NCBI GenBank assembly: GCA_043799565.1
Contig: JAZDNP010000004.1
Location: 1 to 57,816 of the forward strand
Direction of reading: 5' to 3'
DNA: 57,816 bases
Origin: Candidatus Brennerbacteria bacterium
Lineage (GTDB): Bacteria > Patescibacteriota > Minisyncoccia > UBA6257 > GWB1-50-10
Each line of letters starts with the position of its first letter. Position 1 is the first letter of the stretch. A program made the position numbers and the translations under genes. The notes under the pieces were generated by a model. That model was not told where the DNA came from. It made no database searches and saw nothing but the letters and a program-made list of their open reading frames with translations. This document shows, piece after piece, positions 37,459 to 46,905 of this stretch.

Positions 37459-38103
37459 TTATTGTTTTTGAACCGCTTCTTTGAGCGTGATGCCGACTTC
37501 ATCGTCCGCAAGATAGACGGAGATGAATGGATAATGGAACGGATGGGGATTTGAAGAGACCTCTATCGTGCCGCTCACCTCTGTTTTGCCCGCCGCGTCC
37601 ACTGCCTGCACCGCAAAGCGCGTTCGATCAGGAGGCAGCATTCCATAAGGAATGCGGAACGCGTGCGCCGCGAGCGGTTTTCCGCCGAATGCAAAAGTTC
37701 CATAAAATGCATTTCGCGCATCGTCCTTAAAGAGCCGTTCGCACTCGCGTATGAAGCGAATGACATCAGGGCCGAGCGTCTTCTTCAGTTTTCTCGGAAT
37801 CCATACTGCGGAACGGTAATGGGCGGTATCGGAATGGAATTGTGCCCACACCTTCCCGTTCCCGTCCTTGAGTTCCATGAAGAACTCTTCTCGATTGCCA
37901 GACTTCCAGCGGGTTGCGAGAAGCTCGAACTGTGAAGGCAAAAGCCCCGCAATTCCTCCCAGAATCCGTTCATACCATGCAACGTCCCATTCTGCCTCGT
38001 AGACGGTCCGATGAACGGTTTCTGATGCTTTGGCAGTACGCTGTGCGGTACCGATGGTCGCGACAATGAGCGACAGGAAAAGCACCACCGCGCTATGTTT
38101 CAT
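37459..38103 (-). CDS. secreted hypothetical protein
   Basis: Signal peptide MKHSAVVLFLSLIVATIGTAQRTAKA. No family recognised. Confidence 0.55.
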   Translation of the reverse strand: MKHSAVVLFLSLIVATIGTAQRTAKASETVHRTVYEAEWDVAWYERILGGIAGLLPSQFELLATRWKSGNREEFFMELKDGNGKVWAQFHSDTAHYRSAVWIPRKLKKTLGPDVIRFIRECERLFKDDARNAFYGTFAFGGKPLAAHAFRIPYGMLPPDRTRFAVQAVDAAGKTEVSGTIEVSSNPHPFHYPFISVYLADDEVGITLKEAVQKQ

Positions 38104-38138
38104 TTCTTCCTCCTCGGATGTGAATGACTGGCGCTATT

Positions 38139-40292
38139 TTACTCGAAGTGTACGCGCTTGGCGAATTCCGTAAGCCGGGCACGTAAATTCGGCTCCCGAG
38201 CGAGTTCCGGATCCTTTTTGAGAATAGCTTCGGCCGCCAGGCGGGCTTTTGGCACGAGCGTGGGATGCGCCAAGGCCTTCATCGCAATATCGGGCATTCC
38301 GGTCTGCACGGTACCTAGGAATTCTCCCGGTCCTCGGAGCTTCAGGTCTTTTTCCGCAAGCTCAAAGCCGTTCTTCGCGCACACAACCGCCTCCAGGCGC
38401 TCACGCGTGGCTTTTGTGGAGGATTCGGTGAAGAGAAAGCAGAACGACTGGTGGAAGCTTCTGCCCACGCGCCCGCGAAACTGGTAGAGTTGGGCGAGGC
38501 CGAAGCGCTCGGCACTTTCCACTATCATCACGGTCGCGTTTGGCACGTCCACGCCCACCTCCACGACGGAGGTGGCGACGAGAATGTCGGTCGTGCCTTC
38601 CGCAAACCGCCGCATGATCTCCGCTTTTTCTTTTGCCTTCAGCTTTCCGTGGAGCATCTCAACTTTTAGGTCGGGAAATATTTTTTTTGAGAGCTTCTCG
38701 TATTCCTCCGTCACGTTTTTCATTTCGAGCCGTGCGAGCGTTAAAGGGTCGAGCGTTTCCCCGGTCTCAATGTTGGTAGGTTGAATGCGTGGGCAGATGA
38801 CGAACGCCTGCCTCCCCTTTTTCACGAATTCCTTAATGAACGAGTAGGCCTTCATGCGATTCTCTGGAGCCACCACCTTTGTGAGGATCTCTTTCCTGTC
38901 CTTCGGGAGCTCGGTGATCTGTGAAACGGTAAGGTTGCCGAAGAGAGTAAGAGCGAGCGTGCGGGGAATAGGAGTTGCGGACATGGAGAGGAAGTGGGGA
39001 GCGGCGCCGTCCTTTGCGAGCGCGGCTCGCTGCGCCACGCCGAAACGGTGTTGTTCATCCACCACCACAAACGCGAGGCGATGGAAGCTTACCCCCTTCT
39101 CGATGAGTGCGTGGGTGCCTATGGTAATAGCAACCTTCCCTGCTTTCAGTAACGCGCGAAGTTCCTCTTTTTTTATCTCTCGCTCCAATCCCTCGCCGAG
39201 AAAAATATATGTTTCGCTTCCGGTGAAAAGAGCGATACCTTCCTCAAAGTCGGGGAAGAATTTTTTGAGCGTCGCGTAGTGCTGGAGTGCGAGTATCTCG
39301 GTCGGCGCCATAAAAGCCGTTTGGTACCCCGCTCCCGCGACTGCGCGCGCCGCGATGGCCGCTACCACGGTTTTCCCCGACCCCACGTCTCCTTGGAGAA
39401 GCCGGTTCATCGGGTGAGGAGCGGTTATATCGTCCAGTATCTCGTGGAGCGCTACCACTTGTGTATCGGTAAGCGTGAAGGGAAGTTTCGCAATCACCTC
39501 TTCTAAACGTTTTTTAGGAAAACGAATTGGATTCGCGTTCTGCTGTTTTATGCGCGCGCGTTCGCGGGCGTTCACGAACTCAAGAAGAAAAAGGTCTTCA
39601 AATGCAAAACGCCGCCTCGCTTCTTCGGCCTCTGTGAGTTCATCAGGGAAATGCGCGTGGCGAAGCGCAACGTCGAGCGGAGGGAGTCCTTCCTTTTTGC
39701 GTATCTCGTGCGGGAGAAATTCCTCCGCATCGGCAGATTCGAGGATTGGGCGAAGGATATAGCGGATACCTTTGGATGTGAGCCCGCGCGTTTCTGGATA
39801 AATGGGGACGATGCGCGCGGTGTGGGTGGGGCTAGCCCGGCGCTCGGTCGCCCAAGGGTCGTGGCGTTCGTGCTCGCGCACGAACTCGAACGCGGGATTG
39901 GAGAAGTAAAGTTCGCCGTTCTCGCCCTCCGACACTTTGCCGGAGAAGTTCGCCCTGATGCCGGGACGGAGCGTGTTCGAGAGGTATGGTTGGTTGAACC
40001 ACACCGCGCGGATGAAGTCCTCGCCGTCCGTGATGACGGCTTCCGTAACGTAGTAGGTGCGGCGCCATGTTTTTCGGCCCGTTATCTCATAGATCTCGCC
40101 TTGAATGGTCGCGTCCTGGCGCGGCTCCAGTTCCGCGATGCGGTACACGTGTGAATAGTCCTCATACCGCGAAGGAAAATGGTAGAGGAGATTGCGGACG
40201 GTGGTGATGTTAAGGCGTTTTAATGACGCAAGATAGCGCGGCGCGATGCCGTGGATGTCTGCGAGAGACGTCTCAAGCGCGATTCCACCCAT
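38139..40292 (-). CDS. recG: ATP-dependent DNA helicase RecG
   Basis: Wedge/OB N-terminal domain, Walker A GDVGSGKT, DEQHRFG, and helicase C motifs QFRGRVGR. Confidence 0.92.
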   Translation of the reverse strand: MGGIALETSLADIHGIAPRYLASLKRLNITTVRNLLYHFPSRYEDYSHVYRIAELEPRQDATIQGEIYEITGRKTWRRTYYVTEAVITDGEDFIRAVWFNQPYLSNTLRPGIRANFSGKVSEGENGELYFSNPAFEFVREHERHDPWATERRASPTHTARIVPIYPETRGLTSKGIRYILRPILESADAEEFLPHEIRKKEGLPPLDVALRHAHFPDELTEAEEARRRFAFEDLFLLEFVNARERARIKQQNANPIRFPKKRLEEVIAKLPFTLTDTQVVALHEILDDITAPHPMNRLLQGDVGSGKTVVAAIAARAVAGAGYQTAFMAPTEILALQHYATLKKFFPDFEEGIALFTGSETYIFLGEGLEREIKKEELRALLKAGKVAITIGTHALIEKGVSFHRLAFVVVDEQHRFGVAQRAALAKDGAAPHFLSMSATPIPRTLALTLFGNLTVSQITELPKDRKEILTKVVAPENRMKAYSFIKEFVKKGRQAFVICPRIQPTNIETGETLDPLTLARLEMKNVTEEYEKLSKKIFPDLKVEMLHGKLKAKEKAEIMRRFAEGTTDILVATSVVEVGVDVPNATVMIVESAERFGLAQLYQFRGRVGRSFHQSFCFLFTESSTKATRERLEAVVCAKNGFELAEKDLKLRGPGEFLGTVQTGMPDIAMKALAHPTLVPKARLAAEAILKKDPELAREPNLRARLTEFAKRVHFE

Positions 40293-40306
40293 AAAGTCGG
40301 CATATT

Positions 40307-40413
40307 ATACCCCGTTCAAAGTAGTAGTTCAACGGAAAAATTTACTCGCGGTTGTATAGCGTGTGTTTATACGAAGCTTCAGAACCCAAACCCAAAACTT
40401 TGAACGGGGTTAT
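40307..40413. repeat. inverted repeat ATACCCCGTTCAAAGT / ACTTTGAACGGGGTTAT enclosing about 75 nt (MITE-like or structured RNA)
   Basis: Arms at 40307-40322 and 40397-40413 (15-16 matching positions with one indel), between the recG start and the tRNA-Lys 3' end. Confidence 0.55.
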
Positions 40414-40440
40414 AGCCGATTTTTTCTGGATTTTCTATTG

Positions 40441-40511
40441 TGCCCCCACTAGGAATCGGACCTAGATACACCGCTTAAGAGGCGGGTGCTTTACCATTAA
40501 GCTATGGGGGC
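40441..40511 (-). tRNA. tRNA-Lys(CTT)
   Basis: GCCCCCATAGCTTAATGGTAAAGCA-CCCGC-CTCTTAA-GCGGT. T-arm CTAGG-TCCGATT-CCTAG (C at position 55). Confidence 0.8.
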
Positions 40512-40597
40512 AATGATATGAACTGGCGGGACAAAAAACAGTATATCCGATATGCTGGAATCAGTTCAACCACAACTTCATTTACAGGGAGAAAGAC

Positions 40598-40820
40598 CAT
40601 GGCGAGGCAAAAGAGCGCGCGCAACCGGAAATCGCGGAAATCTGCAAGGGTCAGTTTGCAGGAAAGAATGGATAGAATTGGTAAGATCAGAGAAAAGATT
40701 AGGAATGTCAGAAATTTCCGGTCGCTTCTCACGAAAGGCCAGAAGAAACGCCTTGATCGCAGACATCGGCGTTTCATGAGCGGCAGAGCGAAAATGTGGT
40801 GCGTCGGCGATTTTTTGTGA
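40598..40820 (+). CDS. possible small, highly basic protein (74 aa)
   Basis: GGGAGA RBS-like string upstream of the ATG at 40598. MARQKSARNRKSRKS... The region has overlapping ORFs on both strands, so coding status is uncertain. Confidence 0.3.
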
Positions 40821-41082
40821 ACGCGCCAGGCGCACATAATTATTCCACGACCGCCTAATCTCCACGGAGGCCCGTATGGCATGTTCAAAGTTCTTTCACA
40901 GTACAAAACCCTGGCTCCGTCTTCTCTCGAAGTCCGAGAAGAAACAGGTTAGGGAATTTGGGGACGCTCTCGCGCGTGGAAAGATTAGAAAGTGGGTGCT
41001 TTCCACACAAGTGGAACGTGCTGGTACCTGTGCTGGTGATTGACCTCATGAAAGGCTGCACGATGTGCGGCCTTTCCTATTT

Positions 41083-41955
41083 TTATGAACTTATTGCCGA
41101 GAGGAAAATGACGCTCGCGATGGTGACCACGACGCCCACAACTTGGTGCCACTTAAGGCGTTCCTTGTTCATAAAAACGCCGAGGAGTACGGCAAGCACG
41201 ATGTAGCTCTCACTTATGGTGGTGGCAATGGCAATAGGGATGTAGGTGGTAGCAACTGCGAATGATATCCACGCAAGGTTGTCTAAAACACAGACGCCGA
41301 GGATAGGAACGGTGTGAGCTCGGATGTCTGCCACGAGTTCGCGGAGCTTATGGTGACGCGCGAGATAGACAAGGCAGACTGCGGTAAAGAGAAGGTTGGT
41401 GAACCATACCGTGAGGAGAGGCGAGGTCTCCTGACTCCCGACGCCGACGAGAAAATTGAAAAGCCCCATTCCGATCGCTCCGAGGCCTGCGAATACCACC
41501 CCTTTCTCTATCCTGATGCGGCGGTGGTAGTGAAGGTGAGTATGGTGCTCGGTGACCGCAAGCACGATGCCGATGAGCGTCGCGAGCGCGAGGAGTAGTT
41601 GCACGAGGGTGATATTCTCGCCCCAGATGAGCGTGGAAAGGCCAACAGTGATGACAAGTTCGAATCCAAGGACCGGTTCCACTATCGCGAGCTTGCCGCG
41701 ACGTAGCGATTCGAATTCAAACAGAGCGGTGAAAAGTACCACTATACCCGCGAGCGAGAGAAGGGCGAGGTGTTTGGGAGAACCGAAAAGATCGTCGAGT
41801 TCCCCAATGATGAACGGGAAGATGGTGACAATCCCGGCGACGCCAATGAAAAACAGCGCTTTCCATATGCCGACTGCGCGGCTGGAACGTTGGATAAAAA
41901 AATCGCCGAACCCCCATGCGAAAAGTGCTCCGAGCGCAAAGAAAATGCCGGTCAT
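41083..41955 (-). CDS. EamA/DMT family transporter
   Basis: 290 aa, about 10 TM helices in two repeated halves. WGFGDFF and similar EamA-like segments. Confidence 0.7.
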   Translation of the reverse strand: MTGIFFALGALFAWGFGDFFIQRSSRAVGIWKALFFIGVAGIVTIFPFIIGELDDLFGSPKHLALLSLAGIVVLFTALFEFESLRRGKLAIVEPVLGFELVITVGLSTLIWGENITLVQLLLALATLIGIVLAVTEHHTHLHYHRRIRIEKGVVFAGLGAIGMGLFNFLVGVGSQETSPLLTVWFTNLLFTAVCLVYLARHHKLRELVADIRAHTVPILGVCVLDNLAWISFAVATTYIPIAIATTISESYIVLAVLLGVFMNKERLKWHQVVGVVVTIASVIFLSAISS

Positions 41956-41965
41956 AAATTTATAG

Positions 41966-42037
41966 TGCCCTCGCCCCGATTCGAACGGGGAATAGCTGCT
42001 TCGAAGGCAGCCGTGATATCCGTTTCACCACGAGGGC
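41966..42037 (-). tRNA. tRNA-Arg(TCG)
   Basis: GCCCTCGTGGTGAAACGGATATCACG-GCTGC-CTTCGAA-GCAGC, T-arm CCCCG-TTCGAAT-CGGGG. Confidence 0.88.
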
Positions 42038-42083
42038 GAACGAGACGTTTCCTTGTTCCGCATTCAATGTACAATGAGAAATG

Positions 42084-42197
42084 ATGAATCCCGTTAGAAA
42101 TTGTGGTGCTATTCATCCTATACGCATGAACTATTCAATACTATATCCTGCGAACATCAAGCAGTCGAGCATGCCCTACTATTTCTAACGGGATGAA
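42084..42197 (+). mobile_element. ORF-less mini copy (114 bp) of the inverted-repeat element, ending on the cca start codon
   Basis: 14-bp perfect inverted repeat ATCCCGTTAGAAAT (42088-42101) / ATTTCTAACGGGAT (42181-42194). ATGAA at both ends. Confidence 0.8.
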
Positions 42198-43647
42198 GTT
42201 CAATGTTCCGAAGGAAGTGAAGACCGTTTCGGAAACGCTCCAAAAGAATGGCCACCAGGCGTATCTGGTGGGCGGGTGCCTGCGTGATCTTCTCCTTAAG
42301 CGTGAACCGAAGGACTGGGATATCGCGACGGACGCGCGTCCCGAGGAGATCCAGAAATTATTCCCGGAGAGCGTCTACGAGAACACGTTCGGCACCGTGG
42401 GTGTGAAGACGGAATCCGACGACCAGAAGCTCAAAGTGGTGGAAGTAACGACGTTCCGCATTGAAGGCCACTACACCGACCTTCGCCACCCCGATGAGGT
42501 GAAGTTCGCGAAAACGATAGATGAGGACCTCTCCCGTCGCGATTTTACGGTGAATGCAATCGCCGCGAACCTGGAAGGCGAGCTCACAGATCCGCACGAA
42601 GGTGCCGCGGACCTCAAGGCGAAGCTCATCCGCGCGGTGGGGGACCCCAAAAGGCGTTTTGAAGAGGATGCGCTCCGGCTCATGCGCGCGGTACGGCTCG
42701 CGGCGGAGCTTGGGTTTGAGATGGAGAAAAATACGAAAGAAGCCATAGCCCACCACGCCGGTCTTCTTGAAGCCATCGCAAAGGAGCGCATCCGTGATGA
42801 GTTCGTGAAATTGATAGAGAGCCCGCGTGCGGCGGAAGGTGTTGTCGCGATGGAAGACCTCGGACTCCTAAAGTTCGTTGTTCCCGAACTCCGCGAAGGA
42901 ATTGGGTGTGGCCAGAACAAGCATCATATCTACACCGTCTTTGACCACAATGTGCGTGCTTTGAATTATGCGGCGGAGAAGGAATACTCGTTTGAGGTTC
43001 GCCTCGCCTCGCTCCTTCATGACGTGGGAAAGCCGAAAACAAAGCACGGCGACGGGCCCGACTCCACCTTCTATAACCACGAGGTCGTTGGTGCGAAGAT
43101 GGCGGCAATTATCATGGACCGTTTGCGGTTCGGGAAGGATGTCACGGAACGTGTGGTGCACCTCGTGCGGCATCACCTTTTCTACTACAACGTGGGCGAG
43201 GTTTCGGAGGCGGGTGTGCGCCGCTTCATCGCGCGTGTGGGGCCGGGATACATCGGTGACCTCCTGAAGGTTCGCGAGGGAGACCGTATTGGTTCCGGCG
43301 TGCCGAAGGCATTCCCGTACAAACTTCGCCATCTCCTCTTTATGATGGAGAAGGTGAAGAAGGACCCCATTCATCCCAAGATGTTGGCGCTCAAAGGCGA
43401 TGACGTTATGAAGATTCTCGGCATCCCCGCGGGTCCTAAGATCGGCAAGATCCTCGGAGTGCTTTTAGAGGAGGTGTTGGATGACCCGAAGCGGAACACC
43501 CGCGGATATTTGGAACCGCGCGTGCGGGAGCTTGCGAACCTGAAAGATGATGAATTGGAAACGCTTGCCCGCGCGGCACGAGAGAAAAAAGAGGAATTTG
43601 AGAGTGGAGTGGAGGATGAGATGAAAAGGAGATACTACGTGAAATGA
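42193..43647 (+). CDS. cca: CCA-adding enzyme (tRNA nucleotidyltransferase with HD domain)
   Basis: YLVGGCLRDLLLKREPKDWDIAT head domain. HDVGK HD motif. 484 aa. Confidence 0.88.
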   Translation: MKFNVPKEVKTVSETLQKNGHQAYLVGGCLRDLLLKREPKDWDIATDARPEEIQKLFPESVYENTFGTVGVKTESDDQKLKVVEVTTFRIEGHYTDLRHPDEVKFAKTIDEDLSRRDFTVNAIAANLEGELTDPHEGAADLKAKLIRAVGDPKRRFEEDALRLMRAVRLAAELGFEMEKNTKEAIAHHAGLLEAIAKERIRDEFVKLIESPRAAEGVVAMEDLGLLKFVVPELREGIGCGQNKHHIYTVFDHNVRALNYAAEKEYSFEVRLASLLHDVGKPKTKHGDGPDSTFYNHEVVGAKMAAIIMDRLRFGKDVTERVVHLVRHHLFYYNVGEVSEAGVRRFIARVGPGYIGDLLKVREGDRIGSGVPKAFPYKLRHLLFMMEKVKKDPIHPKMLALKGDDVMKILGIPAGPKIGKILGVLLEEVLDDPKRNTRGYLEPRVRELANLKDDELETLARAAREKKEEFESGVEDEMKRRYYVK

Positions 43648-44594
43648 GCGTGGGTCTACGAGAGATTCTTGTTGGAGCGGTAGGCGTGTGCCTCGCGCTT
43701 CTCGCGGTCCTATGGCAGCCGAGCGCTTTTCAAGAGGCAGGCAGTTTTTTCGCCGCGCTCGTGGTTCCCGAACGCGTGACGCCCGAAACGCTCCATGCAA
43801 AGTATGAGATGCAAGCTCCCATCAATGTCCTCGTGGTGCCGGGACATGACGATGAATTCTGGGGTACGGAGTATCGGGGGCTCCGTGAGGCGGATATCAC
43901 TTTGGAGCTCGCGGGAATGGTAAGGGACAGTTTTGCGGGAGACCCGCGTTTTTCGGTCACCATCACACGGGAGGGAGGTGGGTATACGGAGGAGTTCGTG
44001 GGGCATTTCGATGTTTATTCCTCGCTCATATGGGAGTTCCGCGACTATGCGCGCACGGTTTTCGCGAGCGCGGTGTTGCGTGGTGATGTGGTCCCGAAGA
44101 CCGAGAATTTTCACGGATTCGCTTCCAGCGAAATCGCGCGGCGGCTCTACGGAGTGAATATGTGGGCGAACGACCACCGCGTAGACGTGGTACTCCACGT
44201 ACACTTCAATGATTATCCACGCGCGCGGCAAGCGAGGGCGGGGAAGTATAAAGGGTTCAGTATCTATATTCCAGAGTCGCAATTTCCGAACGCGCGGGCA
44301 AGTCGGGTAATCGCGGAAAAGGTTGTGGAGCGGCTTCGGACCGCGCTTCCGATAAGTAACTATCCGCAGGAGGCGGCCGGGGTCGTGGAAGACCAAGAGC
44401 TCATCGCGGTGGGCTCTTACGGCTCGCTCTATCCCGCGTCACTCCTCATTGAGTACGGTTACATTTATGAACCTCACTTCATGGAGCCGAATCTCCGTAC
44501 ACAACTTTTTCCATCGCTCGCGACGCTCACATACCAGGGCGTAGTGGATTTTTTTGAGGTGTCGGGGTTTAATGGAGAGCGGAACGGGGAGTAG
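43644..44594 (+). CDS. N-acetylmuramoyl-L-alanine amidase-like protein (Amidase_3-like)
   Basis: N-terminal TM. VLVVPGHDDEFWGTE and VVLHVHFND metal-ligand-like strings. ATGA overlap with cca. The stop codon lies inside tRNA-Pro. Confidence 0.5.
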   Translation: MSVGLREILVGAVGVCLALLAVLWQPSAFQEAGSFFAALVVPERVTPETLHAKYEMQAPINVLVVPGHDDEFWGTEYRGLREADITLELAGMVRDSFAGDPRFSVTITREGGGYTEEFVGHFDVYSSLIWEFRDYARTVFASAVLRGDVVPKTENFHGFASSEIARRLYGVNMWANDHRVDVVLHVHFNDYPRARQARAGKYKGFSIYIPESQFPNARASRVIAEKVVERLRTALPISNYPQEAAGVVEDQELIAVGSYGSLYPASLLIEYGYIYEPHFMEPNLRTQLFPSLATLTYQGVVDFFEVSGFNGERNGE

Positions 44595-44655
44595 TATAGT
44601 GGCAGTACGCGGGGTTCGGGACTCCGTAGTCCGGGTTCGATTCCCGGCTCCCCGA
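44585..44655 (+). tRNA. tRNA-Pro(CGG)
   Basis: CGGGGAGTAGTATAGTGGCAGTACG-CGGGG-TTCGGGA-CTCCG, T-arm CCGGG-TTCGATT-CCCGG. Confidence 0.88.
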
Positions 44656-44656
44656 C

Positions 44657-44730
44657 GGGCCTGTAGTAAAGTGGCATTACGCGGCATTCGCATTGCCGAG
44701 TCGGGAGTCCGATTCTCCCCAGGTCCACCA
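44657..44730 (+). tRNA. tRNA-Ala(CGC), CCA encoded
   Basis: GGGCCTG acceptor with G3:U70, anticodon arm CGGCA-TTCGCAT-TGCCG. T-arm GGGAG-TCCGATT-CTCCC (C at position 55). 3' ACCA. Confidence 0.85.
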
Positions 44731-44762
44731 AAGACGCGCGCGTGAGGCGCGTCTTTTTTGTA
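44731..44762 (+). terminator. rho-independent terminator after the tRNA pair
   Basis: GACGCGC-GCGTGAG-GCGCGTC followed by TTTTTTG. Confidence 0.7.
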
Positions 44763-44774
44763 CAATTAAGAGCA

Positions 44775-46463
44775 ATGGCAACAGGGATCATTGAACTTGC
44801 GGCGGTCGTGATGCTCGCGGCAATCATCGGGATAGCGATGAAGCTTTTGAAGCAGCCGGTCATCCTCGCGTACCTCGCGACGGGGGTGGTGATCGGCGCC
44901 CTCGGTTTCACCGACCTTATTACACAGGAAACGTTCCGTGTGTTCTCCAGCTTGGGTATCATGCTCCTCCTCTTCATGGTGGGGCTGGAAATAAACTACA
45001 CTTCGCTCCGTCTCGTGGGGAAGGAGTCCATTTTCGTGGGACTTGGGCAGATCGTATTCACGGCGCTCATTGGGTATGGTCTTGCCACGCTTCTCGGATT
45101 CGAAACGCTCCCCGCGCTCTATCTCGCAATCGCGCTTACCTTTTCCTCCACCATCATCGTCGTGAAACTTCTCTCCGACCGGAAGGATCTCCAAAGCTTG
45201 TATGGGCGCATCAGCGTGGGATTTCTCTTAGTGCAGGACGCGGTTGCCATCCTCATCCTGCTTTTCCTTGCGGGAGCAGGTTCGGGAATGGGGTCGGGAG
45301 ATGCGGGGATAAATCCTCTCCTCGCCGCCGTGCTTACCATCGCGGAGGGGATTCTCCTTTTTGCGGTCATGCTGTGGCTCGGGAGGAAGGTCCTTCCGCC
45401 TCTTTTTGACCGGGTCGCTCGCTCGGAGGAGCTTCTCTTTCTCATCTCGCTCGCGTGGTTGTTCGCGGTCGTGGTTGCGGTTTCCAAGCTCGGGTTTTCC
45501 ATAGAGATCGCGGGGTTCATGGCAGGTCTTGCGCTCGCAAACTCATCCGAACGTTTTCAGATTGCAAGTCGTATTGCGCCATTGCGTGATTTCTTTATCC
45601 TCATCTTCTTCGTTATTCTCGGCTCGTCGGTTGCCTTCTCAAGTATCGCCGGACTCGTCGTTCCAATCATTGTACTCTCGCTTTTCGTACTTATCGGGAA
45701 TCCTTTAATTGTCCTCATTGTTATGGGGCTCATGGGATATCGGAAGCGTACGAGCTTTTTTTCAGGCATTACCGTTGCGCAGATATCGGAGTTCAGTTTG
45801 ATATTGGTTGCAATGGGGGTGACGGTGGGGCATGTGGGGCAGGACGTGGTTGCGGTCACTACCGCGGTTGGTGTTATCACAATAGCGATATCGGTTTACG
45901 CCATTGTGCACGCGGACGGGTTTTATCGGCGACTTGCGCCATTCCTTTCTATTTTTGAGAGGAAGCACACGACGGAAGCTCACATTCCAGAATCCGGGTT
46001 TCACAAACCCATCGTTTTAATCGGCGGGCATCGCACGGGTGAAGTTATCGCAATGAGTTTGCCGCGCGACGACGTGCTCATTGTGGACTTTGACCCGGCG
46101 GTTGTGAGACGAATGGCTGGGCGGGGATACGCATGCCTTTTCGGAGACGCGCGCGACCGTGAGATCATGGAAACCGCGGATGTGGCTGCGGCGCGACTTC
46201 TCATCTCCACAAGTCCAGACCTTGAGGACAATCTCACTCTTCTTGAGGAGCTCACGAAGCAAACGGTTCGGCCGAAGCTCGTGGTGCGCGCGGAAACGGA
46301 GGAAGAGGCGCGTATTCTTTATGCCGCGCAGGCGGACTATGTGCTTCTCCCGCACTTCACTGCGGGTCAATATTTTGGCCGTACACTAGGTCTTGATCCG
46401 GAGATGAAGGTGCTCTCCGAGCTCAAATCACGCGACCTCTCGCTCCTCGCGAAAAAGGAATAA
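44775..46463 (+). CDS. cation:proton antiporter (CPA2/Kef-type) with a C-terminal RCK/TrkA-N domain
   Basis: About 12 TM helices starting LKQPVILAYLATGVVIG. C-terminal IVLIGGHRTGEV Rossmann-like domain. Start trimmed to an ATG (the track start is GTG). Confidence 0.8.
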   Translation: MATGIIELAAVVMLAAIIGIAMKLLKQPVILAYLATGVVIGALGFTDLITQETFRVFSSLGIMLLLFMVGLEINYTSLRLVGKESIFVGLGQIVFTALIGYGLATLLGFETLPALYLAIALTFSSTIIVVKLLSDRKDLQSLYGRISVGFLLVQDAVAILILLFLAGAGSGMGSGDAGINPLLAAVLTIAEGILLFAVMLWLGRKVLPPLFDRVARSEELLFLISLAWLFAVVVAVSKLGFSIEIAGFMAGLALANSSERFQIASRIAPLRDFFILIFFVILGSSVAFSSIAGLVVPIIVLSLFVLIGNPLIVLIVMGLMGYRKRTSFFSGITVAQISEFSLILVAMGVTVGHVGQDVVAVTTAVGVITIAISVYAIVHADGFYRRLAPFLSIFERKHTTEAHIPESGFHKPIVLIGGHRTGEVIAMSLPRDDVLIVDFDPAVVRRMAGRGYACLFGDARDREIMETADVAAARLLISTSPDLEDNLTLLEELTKQTVRPKLVVRAETEEEARILYAAQADYVLLPHFTAGQYFGRTLGLDPEMKVLSELKSRDLSLLAKKE

Positions 46464-46892
46464 CACAACAACGGCAGCGCCCACAGCGTCCAGAGCGAGG
46501 TCGGAGAGCGTGTCAATTGTCGGTTGGAAGAAATTGAGGTCGCCGAAACGCGCCGTGGCCCACAGGGCAAATCCATACTCGTAAATTTCCCAAAGTCCTC
46601 CAGCGATGAGGACAAGAAAGACGATACGAAGCACGTACCGGAAGGGGGGAAACCCAATAAAAAACGATGGGTATCGTAGGGGGCCAAGTGCCGCGAATAT
46701 TGAAGCAAGCCATGCTCCGCCAAGCGCGTGGAGAACCATGTCGAACCACGAAAATTGTGTGTAAAGCGAGAAAAACGAGCCAATTCCATAAAGCGCAAGA
46801 AGGAAAAGGGTGAGGATAACTAATATGGGTGTGCCGGTTGCCATGTGGTATACTGGTTCGCGTAAGGCTTCAAAGGTCGATTCAAATTCCAT
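46428..46892 (-). CDS. hypothetical polytopic membrane protein
   Basis: 154 aa with four hydrophobic helices. Convergent 36-nt overlap with the antiporter gene. Confidence 0.5.
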   Translation of the reverse strand: MEFESTFEALREPVYHMATGTPILVILTLFLLALYGIGSFFSLYTQFSWFDMVLHALGGAWLASIFAALGPLRYPSFFIGFPPFRYVLRIVFLVLIAGGLWEIYEYGFALWATARFGDLNFFQPTIDTLSDLALDAVGAAVVVLFLFREEREVA

Positions 46893-46905
46893 TTATTATA
46901 TACCA

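Noticed and set aside
40876-41043. 55-codon ORF (MACSKFFHSTKPWLRLL...) in the gap between the basic-protein ORF and the EamA gene.
   Set aside because: No RBS, no recognisable family and competing ORFs on both strands. There is insufficient support to call it a gene.
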